The position numbers were made by a program, and so were the translations under genes. 64,000 nucleotides of DNA from Octopus vulgaris (Eukaryota), in contig OX597816.1 of NCBI GenBank assembly GCA_951406725.2, forward strand, positions 85,746,001 to 85,810,000, read 5' to 3'. Below the pieces are notes generated by a model that was not told the origin of the DNA, searched no databases, and saw nothing but the letters and a program-made list of their open reading frames with translations. This document shows positions 10,100-22,519 of the stretch, piece by piece (within the stretch, counting starts at the first letter, position 1; each line of letters begins with the position of its first letter).

Positions 10100-11119
10100 A
10101 GATGGAGTCCCCCATCTCTTATTCGCCCGTGACGAGCGAGGATGAATACCCGGCGTTGTCGCCAAGAAAAAAAGAGGCGTTGTCGCCGAAGAAAAAAGTG
10201 GCGGCGTCGCCCAAGAAAATGGAAAAACCAGTACCAGCATCAACTCCAGCAAAAAAATTCGCTGAAGTGGCTGGGAAAAAGATTAAAAAAATATATATAG
10301 AAAATTTGGAAAAATTTGCAGACTGTGTAAAAAAAGAAGGGCACAGAAGTGACTGTGGCCACAAACATACAAAAACATGACGATATAGAAAAAAAAAGAA
10401 TAATATATAAAACTTACGACACAACGACAAAAATGATCCAAAAAATCGAAGAAAAAAAAATAGAGTTTTGTCTAAAACCTTTTATGGATAAAATAACGTA
10501 TATAAACAGAGGAAAAAGATACGGCACAGTGGAGGTGCGTTTTACTATGGAGGAGATAGCGAAAAAACTATCGATGGAGCCAATCAAAGCAGAAAACATT
10601 GTCTTACAACCATTGTATAAAGGAAAAAGGACGTCGAAAATTTCAATGAACAACATACCGCCAGAGGAAGATGCAGAATGTCTGGTGGCAGCAGTGATGG
10701 TAGGCCTGGAGGAAAAAATAAACATCCTCCAGGCCACAGTGGAGGAAGAGGAGTTTTGGAAAGGGCAGAAAATAGTGATAGCCATTCAGGCGGAGGTGCA
10801 AACACTGGAAGAAATTCCAGAAACGGTAAAGATTAGTGAAGACGAGAAAATAACAGTTTTCGTGGATGGCAGGAAGCCGAGGTGCTTCGGCTGCGGCAAG
10901 AAGGGTCATGTAAGGGCGGAATGCCAACCCCAACCCAAACCGCAGGAAGCACCTAAGCCAAGAGAAAAAGAAGATAATGTGTCACCAGAAGCAGCGTCGG
11001 ACGGCCCAGAAGGGAAGACTGAAGGTGTGAGGTGGTGACAGCAGAACCAGCGGCGGAGGAAAAAAAGAGCGAGGAAAAGATAACTGCGGAGGGGTGGGCA
11101 AAAATTACCGGAACTTAAT
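10100..11119 (+). CDS. LINE ORF1 with zinc knuckle, frameshifted near 10340 and 11030
   Basis: ORF pieces 10093-10380 (SPKK repeats) and 10349-11038. Contains CFGCGKKGHVRAEC. An E-rich tail continues in another frame to TAA near 11119. Confidence 0.8.
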
Positions 11120-11147
11120 TACCGAACCACTGATATAAAGGTAAGTA

Positions 11148-14100
11148 ATGGATTACATTTATGTTGGTTGTTTGAATGTGCGCGGCCTGGGAGCAGGCTG
11201 GAAGCAAGGTCGCTTCCTGCATGATATCAGGTCGCGTAATTTAGATGTTATTGTTGCTACAGAAACCCGGTTAGAGGGGCCAAGAGGTCTACTCCCGCTG
11301 TTTGACGGCTACGAGAGTTTTTTCTCTCCTGGCAGTCCTACAGGCGGGAGTGGGGTGTTGGTCCTATTAAAAGAAACCGGGTTTCTGAGAAAAAGTTAAT
11401 TTTTGCAGATCCAGAAGGTAGGCTGGTCGTCATGGATTTGACGTTCAGTAATGGTAAAGTTATCAGACTGGTTGCAATTTACGCACCCAACCATACAGGG
11501 CAAAGTGATTATTTTCGTGAACTAGAAAACTTTCTTGGTACTTCGCATTCATTAGTGGTGCTAGGAGACTTTAACACAATTTGCAAAGCGGATGTAGATT
11601 GTGTTGGCTCGCGTCCAGATAGAAAAGGCAACAGTGGCTTCATGGAACTGCTAAGCCGCTTTGAGCTAGCAGATCCTTATAGGCTGGAATTTCCGAACGC
11701 TCCATTGTGGACATGGTCAAACAGCGACGGATCTTCCAGGTCATATTTAGATAGAATACTAATTAGAAAAGTAGACAGTAAAATAGCTAAGTGTCCACAG
11801 TTTTACCCGATCAGCTACAGTGATCATAAAATGGTCACTTGTAAGCTTGACATAGATAAGGTTAAAAATAGAGGATCCGGTTACTGGAAACTTAATACGT
11901 CCCTTTTGGCGATTAAGGAGTACAAAGACCGGATTAGGAATATAATTCAGAGGGCACTATCTGGTACCATCATTAATAACAAATGGTGGTACGCCCTCAA
12001 ACGAGCCATCAAGTTTGAGTCTATTAGATATAGCATAGGAGTAGTGGCTAGAGAGGCTAGAAGGGAAACTACTCTAGTTAAGGAATTAGAGGAAGCCATG
12101 AAAACTGGCTCTGCGGCTCAGGTGGCGTCCAAGAGACTGGTGTTAAACCAGCACCTCGAGGCCAAACACATGGGCTGCATTGTCAGGGCTAGAATCCGCC
12201 ATATGGGATGTGAAGGAATCAACGCCGTGAGATGGGCCCGAGTGGTGGAAGCTCAGCATGGTAACGATGCCACGATTCGATCTTTGACGAACCAACAAGG
12301 TGAGTTGATAAACGAACCCGAGGAGATGTGTGAGGCCTTTCAGGAGCACTTCGCTCAGCTTTTCGGTGAGTGCGGCGGACTGGATAGGAGGAGGGCCTTT
12401 ACGGACCTACTCGACGGGCTGCCGCGCTTATCGGGGCGAGATGCGGAGGGCTGTGAAGGGCCAATCACGCCTGAGGAGGTGGTTGAGGCAATGGCGGACT
12501 GCGGCGTGGGCAAGGCGCCGGGTTTGGATGGTCTACCCTATGAGTTATATAAGAGTATGCCAGACTTGTTCGGGCACCTACTGGCGGAGGTCTATGCGAA
12601 CTGGCAGCAGAACGGGCTTATACCCAGATCTGTGCGCCGGGGAGTAGTGACTCTCGTCAGAAAGGACCCGAGCAAGGGGGAGTGCATTGATAATTTCAGG
12701 CCCATCACTCTGCTAAACACAGAGTTGAAGATTTTGGCCAAAGTGTTATCGAAAAGATTGGCGCGTGTCGCGGATGGTCTGATCGGAGAGGCACAGACAT
12801 GTGCCGTTCCGGGCAGATCCATTCAGGATAATCTCCATCTAATGCGGTACACTATAGAGGGGTTTAATAGTGATTCTGGCAAGGGTGGGGCACTGGTCCA
12901 TTTAGACCAATCTAAAGCTTTTGATAGGGTCGACCATCGTTACCTGGTATCTGCCCTGGCACAGTTCGGGCTGAGCCTTGGCTTCCTCAGGTGGATTATC
13001 CAAATTTATGATAACATCGACTCGGTAGTTCGGGTGAACGGCTTCTTGTCGAAGCCGTTCAAAATCAAACGCTCGGTTCGTCAAGGGTGTCCGCTCTCCC
13101 CGCTTTTGTACGTGATGGCTCTTGAGCCATTACTGCGAAAACTGAGCGGCATCCCGAGACAGCCAGGTAATGGAAAATCAGTGTCAGCGTACGCGGATGA
13201 CATCACCATCATCGTAACCGAAATGGACCACCTATGTAAAGTAGGCAAGGCCATAGAGGTTTACGAGACGGTGACAGGAGCAAAAGTTAATCGCGAAAAG
13301 TCAGTCGGCTTGCAACTCGGCACCTGGAGAGGCAAGTCGATGCCTCCTGACAGCGTCGTGGGACGTTGGACGGAGGGTCCGATTAAACTGCTAGGGGTCT
13401 GGTTCGGTCCAGACCTCCAAATAGAGAAGAATTGGGGCGAGGTAACGAGCAAGGTGGCTGCAGTAGCCAAGACCTGGTCTTGGCGGTGGCTATCCCTGAA
13501 AGGGAGGGCGGAGGTGGCCAATGTGTTTATCGCATCGGTTATCACCTACCGCCTTTCCGTCGTTCCTTGCCCTGATTCGTGGTTGATCAAGTTGGAAAGA
13601 CAGCTCTTCTACTTCTTGTGGAAGGGCGGGAAACCACTTGTGAAACGCTCTACTTGCTGTCGACAACCGTTAAAGGGTGGGCTAGTGATGCCGTGGCTGA
13701 TGATGCGCAGACATGCGCTGAGGTTAAGACATCTGTGGCTCTACCTGGATGGTGAACGGGTGTGGTCTTCGCTAGCAAAACTGATGTTTCCCAAGTTCAC
13801 TAGTTTCGGTGGATGGGAAACCTGGCTGAATCGTAGATCGAAACTTGGTACTTGGTACACGGAGTGTCGCAAGGCTCTCCTGCTATTCCGTCGCTCGGGC
13901 AACGCCTGCGGTGGGGGTTCCACCACATTCTTCTATAGAGGGTTGGTAGAGGCGGAATGTGAAGATACCTTGGGGAAACCCTAGGTCTCGACGATAATCA
14001 GCTGGCCAGTCTGTTCCGACGTACGTTCAAGCCGAGGACACTGGACAACTTCCAGAAGTCTCTGGCATGGCAATGCTACAGAGGAGCTCTACCTGTTCGG

Positions 14101-14541
14101 GATAAACTCGCAAGGCACGGTGGCCAAGACAGTCCGATATGTCCAAGATGCGGGCGGGATAGGGAAACCGTCCCGCACGCTATTGTTCATTGTCCGGACG
14201 TGTCTGAGGTGTGGGTTTATGCCGAACAGCTGTTGTCAGGTACACGAAGAGTACAGCTGTCGACTGAGTCGATTACAAAAATTGACCCACCGGATTTCCT
14301 CGTGAATGAAGGTAAGTTTCGTTTTCTCGTTGTAGTAGCAATTGCGAAAGAGGTGATATGGAAGACGAGAATGAAAGGTTTACAGTCAGGCAAGTTCATC
14401 TCCGGCCCTGGTTTGATGAATTATTTCATCTTTCACCTGAAAAGGAAGATAGGGCTGGAGAGAATATGCCTGACTAGGAGAGTGTATGAAGAACGATGGA
14501 AGGATGTAGCACGAAAGTTGCGAGTGAAAGATACAACATAA
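11148..14541 (+). CDS. LINE ORF2: APE endonuclease, reverse transcriptase and C-terminal CCHC; two frameshifts (about 11372 and 13978)
   Basis: Endonuclease motifs LNVRGL, ATET, IYAPN, LGDFN, YLDRI, SDH. RT motifs KAPGLDG, FRPITLLN, LDQSKAFDRV, RQGCPLSP, AYADD. C-terminal CPRC-x7-H-x4-C (CPRCGRDRETVPHAIVHC) near 14140-14195. Confidence 0.93.
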
Positions 14542-14785
14542 ATGTAATACCAAGCGCAACCAAAAGTATCAGTGGGGAGGCGGGGCTCGTGGGGTCCGAG
14601 CTAAACCCGCACCCACTCCACCCGTAATGTCTTCCGGTCTGTCCCATCATTCGATTTCTGTCCATTTATTGTAATTCATGAAAATTTTTAAATTCGATTT
14701 ATTGTAAAAACCCATTCGTGTGTCTGACCCCATCATCAGATTATATTGTCCCATCTATGTTCGCCCCTTGTGGGTAATAATAAAA

Positions 14786-15095
14786 CAACATGGAGGAAAG
14801 CACCTTCGAAAAGTGTCTTGGTGTGACTATGAAAGATATCTAATCAGAGGCGGTAAATTCGCCACAATAGAAGCAAGGATCGAGTCAACGGAGCGTGCAA
14901 GGGAGTACTCGACTCGAAGTTGCAAAGTGGAAATATTTTATTTTTACCTTTATATCTGGGACATAGGATTTCCCGGAAAAAAATTTAAAATGCCCTCCCC
15001 CCAGAAGTAGAGGTAGGCTGGATTGTAGTCACACTTCTATGCAAGAAGGAGGACAAGATACAAATGATTGAAATTACAAGAGACGGGCTAAAAAT
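14786..15095 (+). pseudogene. Right half of the decayed ORF1 target
   Basis: MEESTFEKCLG / IRGGKFATIEARIESTERA / PPEVEVGWIVVTLL align in order with EIAEIEKCLG / SRGKKFGTVEVRCATEEIA / PPEVKTEWLATAIL. Confidence 0.75.
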
Positions 15096-15234
15096 TCCAG
15101 TCTGTTATATATTTTGAGTATTGTTATCACTAGCGATATCAAGATATAACTTTGTATTTTGTATTTTATGTGTAGATGTATATATATATATGTACATGTA
15201 ATATGTACACATATATATGCACATATATACATGC

Positions 15235-15276
15235 ACTAGCACTATGACCCGGCAACGACGGGTCTTTGATGCTAGT
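15235..15276 (+). repeat. Helitron/Helentron-like 3' end hairpin
   Basis: actagca..gacccg-gcaacga-cgggtc..tgctagt: a GC-rich hairpin followed by CTAGT. Confidence 0.45.
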
Positions 15277-16025
15277 ATATATATATATATGCATATATGA
15301 AGCAAAAAAAAAAGATGGCAGTATCCCATGCATTGATTACTTACGAACGTTTTAATAAGTAGTGGAAATGCGACATCAGTTAACATCGGGAATTATATAC
15401 ACAAAAATTATATATGATATAAAAAGATTATATAAGTTCTTGCAACTTTGAAACTAAACTACGCTATTCATGGCATCACATCTAGTGACAAAGGTCAGTA
15501 AATTTGTTTGTAGTAAAAATACGAAAAAATGGAGTGCTAGATGGTGGTCAAGACAATATGAGAGGGAAGAGGATAGCTCTCAGAAGATAAAAAGGAATAG
15601 GGAGAGGGACAAAAGTAAGACATAAGAATGTAAGGAAGGAATTTGTGTGAGAAATTGGTGGTGGGGTGATATGAAAGTCACTAAGTTGGAGAGATAGGTA
15701 AAGGAAATGGCACGGGGGCGCTGTACTGAAAGTAAGTAGTAAGACTCAAACAGGAAGAGACGACAAATAAGATATAATGGACAAGTTGCTAAAAACAGAG
15801 TAGCTAAATTGATAACAGGGGCTGATAAATCAGTGGGAGAAATAGAAATATGTATCTGTAAATAGATATACGTGCACGCACACATTGTACATGCAAATGT
15901 GTATATATACACTATTATGTAAGCAAATATACTAACGTAACAATATACAAACTCATACTTTTATAAGTATGTGTGTGCGTTCGTGCGTAAGTGTGTGTAC
16001 GTGTGTGTGTGTTCATTCATGTATT

Positions 16026-16243
16026 ATTAAACAATTAAGAAATTAAAATTAAAAATTCAGAAGTTAAAAATTTAAGATATTGGTAAGTCAAATTAGATTA
16101 TTAGAGATTACCTAAGGCGTTTTCTGTATATGTATTGTCTAGTGATTTAGATTACATTTAGATAATCTCTAAAACCTAATTTGACGTTCTAATGCTTAAT
16201 TTTTTAACTTTTCAATTTTCATTTTTAATTTCTTAATTGTTTT
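16026..16243. repeat. AT-rich fold-back nested inside the larger inverted repeat
   Basis: aaacaattaagaaattaaaa pairs with ttttaatttcttaattgttt, and gtcaaattag..tagagatta pairs with taatctcta..ctaatttgac. Confidence 0.7.
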
Positions 16244-16296
16244 TATCACATCTGCTTTACACGCAGAAGGTCGTGAGTTCGATCCTCGCTAGAACC
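16243..16296 (+). pseudogene. 5'-truncated tRNA-Val(TAC)
   Basis: ttatcacatctgc-tttacac-gcagaaggtcgtgagttcgatcctcgctagaacc has an intact anticodon arm (TAC) and T arm and is followed by a T-run. The 5' acceptor strand and most of the D arm are missing. Confidence 0.75.
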
Positions 16297-16540
16297 TTCG
16301 GTTTTTTAAAAAATCCCCTTCTATCCGGCACTTGTCACCATGATAGATCGTTAGCCACTACACACACTTTTTTCCTCCCTTGTTTTTTTTCTGTGTCCCT
16401 TTCTAAAAGAGCGTAGGCTCGAAACGTAAAAGACTTTTTCTATTCCTGAGCGTTATACTGATACATCTGTTTGCTTTGTACACCACCTGTCTTCATCTTT
16501 TGTTTTTTTCGTAAACTCTCCCTATATATAAACTTATATT

Positions 16541-16594
<54 letters not shown>

Positions 16595-17654
16595 TACATA
16601 AGTGTGGGAGCCTATATAATAGAACATATAGACATTTATATGTATACGGTTGTGCGTGCACGTATATCTATATACATATTTTTTTTCTTTTTATCACTGA
16701 TTCATCAGCCCCTACTATCACTACGTCTATTTTTTAAAACCTGACTAATATATCTAATTATTCTTCCCTTCCTTTTGGGGGTTTACTACTCACTTGTAGT
16801 ACGTACCGCGTACCATTTATTGTGTAGGCTTATTGTGCCTATCTCTCCTCCTTAGTGCCTCTCGATCATATCACCCTACCTTCCACTTCTCACAGATATT
16901 CCTTCCTAACATTATTATCTCTTCCTTCAATCCCCTATTCCTCTTATCAACTGATAGCTCTCTTCTCCCTACCCCTCAAATTATCTTGACCACCATCTAG
17001 CGCTTTTTCATTTTCTCTTCCTATTTCGTTCTTTCTTCTTTCCTCGCCTATTCCTCCGGACCATTACAATTCTCCTCTTTCTAACATACCTATCTCCTCT
17101 CTTCTTTTTACCTACGTACCCTTACCAGTAGTTTCTCAAAATTTAATCCCCACTGCAAGACCTCTTTGAATGAACAGCACATGGAATTAATGTCTCCACC
17201 TTATCCATCAGTAATTAAAAGAATTCCTATTGGAATCTTCATACCATGCACAAGTAGCTTTTCTACCGATTCAACACAGCATTTCCTTGGATAATAGAAC
17301 TGCAAGTGTAACATTCAACAGGCATTTTTATTTATATTCTTTCATTTCCCTTTATACTTCCTATATTTCTGCCTTTCCCAAATAACTTCTTATATTGAAC
17401 TCTAGTATTTCTCTCTATATAATTCTCTTATATTGTTTCTAATGAATGAATATCCCTCATATCCCTGAAACAGACCTAGAAATTTCAAACTAGCTTGGCT
17501 TTATTGTCTCATATTATGTAACATATAAACGCTCACACACGACCCACATTAGACTGGACACTCATAATATTATCGAACCGAGAGTCTAACTACATTACTT
17601 TCTTAGCACTTGCATAGTCTTACCTTTCAGTTTTGGTTTTCTGGATACCAAAGC

Positions 17655-17710
<56 letters not shown>

Positions 17711-17818
17711 TATATAAATATACCCTTTTATATATATATAAAAGGGTAGAAATTGATATTAATCAATTAAAACCAGTGGCCTAGCATATTAAAAAAATCT
17801 GAAGATTAAAATATTTTT

Positions 17819-18248
17819 TACATACAAAATTTAAAGGACTGACCACTAAAAGTGGACAGTCAATATGCTAGATATATACGTCAAAATCGCTATTTTCCAC
17901 GAAGAATGTGTTCTCAAGAAAAAAACTCAGCAAAAAAACAAAGTGTAAAAAATAAGCAAGACAAATGAAAACATACGAAATGAAAACGATTACCTATGTA
18001 CTAATTAGTTTCACTTGTTAATATTCACGTATATGTACACGCAAACATCTGCAAGATCATCAGCATAGTCTGTCGTTTACAAACGTAATTTCCAGAACTA
18101 GATACAGAACGCTTGACCGAAATCCCGCATGCATAGAGTTCAACAAATTATATTTTCTTGAGAACACATTCTTCGTGGAAAATAGAGACTTTGACGTCTA
18201 TATCTAGCATATTGACTGTCCACTTTTAGTGGTCAGTCCTTTAAATTT

Positions 18249-18253
<5 letters not shown>
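17819..18253. repeat. Fold-back element (about 100-bp arms) in (TA)n with an internal hammerhead
   Basis: Arms 17819-17922 and 18154-18253 are near-perfect reverse complements. Confidence 0.85.
17994..18068 (-). ncRNA. Type I hammerhead ribozyme motif
   Basis: Minus strand reads ctatg-CTGATGA-tcttg...caagt-GAAA-ctaattag-TA-catag. Stem I is ctatg/catag and stem III is palindromic. Confidence 0.75.
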
Positions 18254-18296
<43 letters not shown>

Positions 18297-18333
18297 ACAT
18301 TATTGGTGAATTGAAGAACAGAAATCGTTTTAT

Positions 18334-18421
18334 TTCATTCTACACGTGTTTCGAAAGGCACAAATTACCAAAATCCGATTGAATAATGAGACCACATTGT
18401 GTCTTTCTCTTCAGGAAGAAA
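18334..18421 (-). ncRNA. Hammerhead ribozyme, inverted pLTR copy
   Basis: Reverse complement of the motif at 19560-19646, with the core intact. Confidence 0.75.
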
Positions 18422-18539
18422 ATAGGAAATCCGTTGGAAAAACAAAAACAGAACAGAGGCGGAGCAAAAGTGACGTAGTGGAAAATAGAGTAGTAAGCGG
18501 CTGCAGGTCTCGGAACGAATATAGTGACAGGAACGCAGT

Positions 18540-18966
18540 TCTAATTTCAGAAACTAATCCTAGCAGAATAAGATTCACGTCGGCGAACTCCAAGATCAAA
18601 AACGCCGTCTACCAATGCAAGGTTTACACGGACTCAGATGTCTTCACTTATGTAGGGGCCTCATCCTCAAGATTGTCTTTGCGTGTCTCCAACCATTACG
18701 CAACTTTTCGGGACATGAACAAGCGCCAGACCACGGGACTCAGTAAGCTAATATGGCGACTGAAGGATACGAACTTAAGCTACAGGCTGGAATGGTCAAT
18801 TTTGTCGGTGGCCCTCCCATTTGATAGGGGCAGAAGGCAGTGCAACCTTTGTGTCTCCGAACTCTTCCATATTTTGTTTGCCAGAGGCCGGATGGTAAAC
18901 GGGCTTTTACAGTCGGCTTTTCGATGCCCCCATTGGCGGCGTTACACTTATCTGGCTTTTAAATAG
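18540..18966 (+). pseudogene. GIY-YIG endonuclease domain of a Penelope-like element
   Basis: AVYQCKV...TYVGASS...RVSNH...GLSKLIW...WSIL...CNLCVSELFHI. Confidence 0.85.
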
Positions 18967-19559
18967 CGTTTATAAATAATACCGGCACCCATAGCCCTTG
19001 GTAACAAATTCTGAAATAGCCTTTAAGATATCTACGATTAACCACTGCAAGGGGAATTACTCCTGTAAGACAAACGGGGCTTGGTTTTTTCACAGCGGGG
19101 GGTTTCCTTGACAAGGCAGGCTTAGATGAACACACACACATAAAATATAAAATATATATATATTTTTTTTTTCTGCCACCCAACGGCTCTCGCGGCAGTA
19201 GCCACTGACAGCCGAACGCTCAAACGCACACACGTACACAAAAAATGTTTTCTACCCCTACGCCAACACACACATATATAGAACAGTATACACACACACA
19301 CGTCTCTAAGTAGATTTTTTCTCGCCCCTTATAAAACATCCAATATTCCTTAAATAGTCAGAACTTTATTCTCGGTCACAAAGAACACCCACACACCCTC
19401 ACCCACATGATTGACCGATGCCTGACCCGTTAAATTCTTCAGCCACCGGTTCTCAACATACACTGATAAACAGTTTCGCCATGGGCTCTTAGGAGCATAG
19501 TTCGATTTGTTTTTGCTCCGCCTCTGTTCTGTTTTTGTTTTTCCAACGGATTTCCTATT

Positions 19560-19646
19560 TTCTTCCTGAAGAGAAAGACACAATGTGGTCCCATTATTCA
19601 ATCGGATTTTGGTAATTTGTGCCTTTCGAAACACGTGTAGAATGAA
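19560..19646 (+). ncRNA. Type I hammerhead ribozyme in the pLTR
   Basis: ttcttc-CTGAAGA-gaaagacacaa...ttgtgcctttc-GAAA-cacgtg-TA-gaatgaa, followed by AATAAA. Predicted cleavage after 19639. Confidence 0.8.
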
Positions 19647-19863
19647 ATAAAACGATTTCTGTTCAATCTGCGTTCAGCTCCATTTCTTCAATTCACCAAT
19701 AATGTTTTAATTTCAATTATCCGCACCAACGCACGGTTGCAACACCATATGGTTGTACCTCCAACCGTGCTGTTTACTGCTGTGATTTTTGCTACTAAGG
19801 TATCGGTTAAACCTTTGATTAATCTACTACAAGATTATTCATCTTTCAATTTCACATAATATA

Positions 19864-19968
<105 letters not shown>

Positions 19969-20040
19969 CAGATGAATTAGGTACTTTAGTACGGTATTAT
20001 CCATACAGTTTCAAAATAAGGTGAATTAAATTCAAAATAT

Positions 20041-20414
20041 GTAATAGAATATCTAGAGGTAACGCAGTACGATCGTTTCAAGCGACTCCATTTAATTGAA
20101 CAATGCAGCCATTACATCGCATAAATACATAGAATTAAATTATATCAAAACACATTAGTATAATTTTACCTAAAACCTCTAAGAAGGTAAGGAGATAGAC
20201 AAAGAACATGCTGCCTTCACTTCAGCTTAGAAGCTTGGAGGTTTTAGGCAAAAGTATATGCTAATGCGTCCATCTGTTTTAATTTAATTTAATTCTATGT
20301 ATTTATGCAGCTGAGGATTGCTCTGCATTTAAATTGATGTAATGTTTGCATTGTTCAATTAAATGGAGTAGCTTGAAACGATCGTATTGCATTACCTCTA
20401 GATATCCTGTTACT
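20041..20414. repeat. Fold-back element with a hammerhead motif in the right arm (20305-20392, +)
   Basis: Arms about 20041-20182 and 20225-20414. Right arm reads atgcag-CTGAGGA...GAAA-cgatcg-TA-ttgcat. The left arm lacks the CTGAGGA segment. Confidence 0.75.
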
Positions 20415-20416
20415 GG

Positions 20417-20455
<39 letters not shown>

Positions 20456-21392
20456 ATAAGTGAACAAACGAACGAAAGAAGCGTTGTTATATTTATTGCG
20501 TAAGAGATTGAATTACTTCTTCATGCTTCCTAAATGGGCATAACAGATACGCAACGAACTTTAAGGACAAGTAGCATGAGGTACAGCATGAACCTATTCC
20601 TCTGTCTCTCTCTGCCTGTCTCTTTCACTCTCTTTCTCTCTCTCTCTCCCACTCATTCACAGACACTTACACATGCACATAAATATCAGTAATTACAATA
20701 TATGCTTCTTCACTGTATAGGATAAATCTAGGAACGCAATATATAGATAACACTGTATTGGCAATAAGAAAGTATATCAATAACTAATAGTTGAAGTCAG
20801 ATGTAATACTCTATGGAACTGACTTGCACTGAATTGCGATGTTACCTCATTTGCTGTTCAAATGTTTTATATCTATATATCTGAACCGAGATAATTGGAG
20901 AGAAATATACTGCGAAACATTAATTTGGACGCTTCTCTGTATCAAATTGCGCACTTGACGTGTGTGAAACGTTAATATGATCACTGAACGACTTTTGCAG
21001 AATAAATGAAGAGTTAAATTAATTGCATACCACCTAATTTTCAAACCCTTTTGTAATGTCAGTTTGCTAAGAGTTGATTTCCTGATGCGTTGCACTTGTA
21101 CTCGTTACTAGCAAACCAGAGTGATTTATTTCTAGAGTTCAAGAAAAAGTTGATAATGAAGAGAGAATGTGCCTTTTGTATCGATGCCGAATATACATGT
21201 TACATATTCTTTCTAAACTGTAATCAATGTTGAAAGGGTTAGCAAAACGCAAACGTCTTGGGCATATACAATACAAAAGATGAAGATGAAAACAACATTG
21301 ACGGGATATTAACCTTCAAACCGTTTCTTTCTTCTTAGTCGCTGCCGTATTGATTGATATGATTGCCAACATAGGATATTGCTATAACGATT

Positions 21393-22340
<948 letters not shown>

Positions 22341-22519
22341 GAATATTTATATAGTTTAAAGTTTATACATGGATGCATATAAGTTTATTCATATATATTT
22401 GTGTGTCCGTGCGTATATAGGTATGTATGGATGTATATACCCATGTCTATATATGTATATATACACATATCTCTTTGCCTTCTTTTACTTGTTTCAGTCA
22501 TTTGACTGCGGCCATGCTA

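Larger units (their letters stand above)
9887..14785 (+). mobile_element. Near-full-length L1-group (Tx1-like) LINE
   Basis: 5' UTR, ORF1 with CCHC, ORF2 with APE-RT-CCHC, and a 3' UTR ending gccccttgtgggtaataataaaa. Flanked by acatggaggaaa at 9875-9886 and 14788-14799. Confidence 0.92.
15525..17015. repeat. Degenerate inverted repeat (arms about 15525-15855 and 16670-17015)
   Basis: ctagatggtggtcaaga pairs with tcttgaccaccatctag, and ggggctgataaatcagtg pairs with cactgattcatcagcccc. Confidence 0.7.
18296..19860 (+). mobile_element. 5'-truncated Penelope-like element with an inverted pLTR copy
   Basis: GIY-YIG ORF end followed by a 3' region with a hammerhead. 18296-18469 is the reverse complement of 19510-19706. 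Flanked by (TA)n. Confidence 0.85.

Noticed and set aside
2801-14799. CRISPR-like repeat-spacer interpretation of the array
   Set aside because: The units are kilobase retroelements in eukaryotic DNA, with no unique spacers or cas genes.
14720-15010. 96-aa ORF spanning the LINE 3' end
   Set aside because: Chance read-through from the LINE tail into the decayed ORF1 target, not a gene.
19350-19634. Two ORFs with the same N-terminus MFRKAQITK (also at 18346)
   Set aside because: A result of the inverted pLTR duplication. The sequence is the antisense of the hammerhead region.
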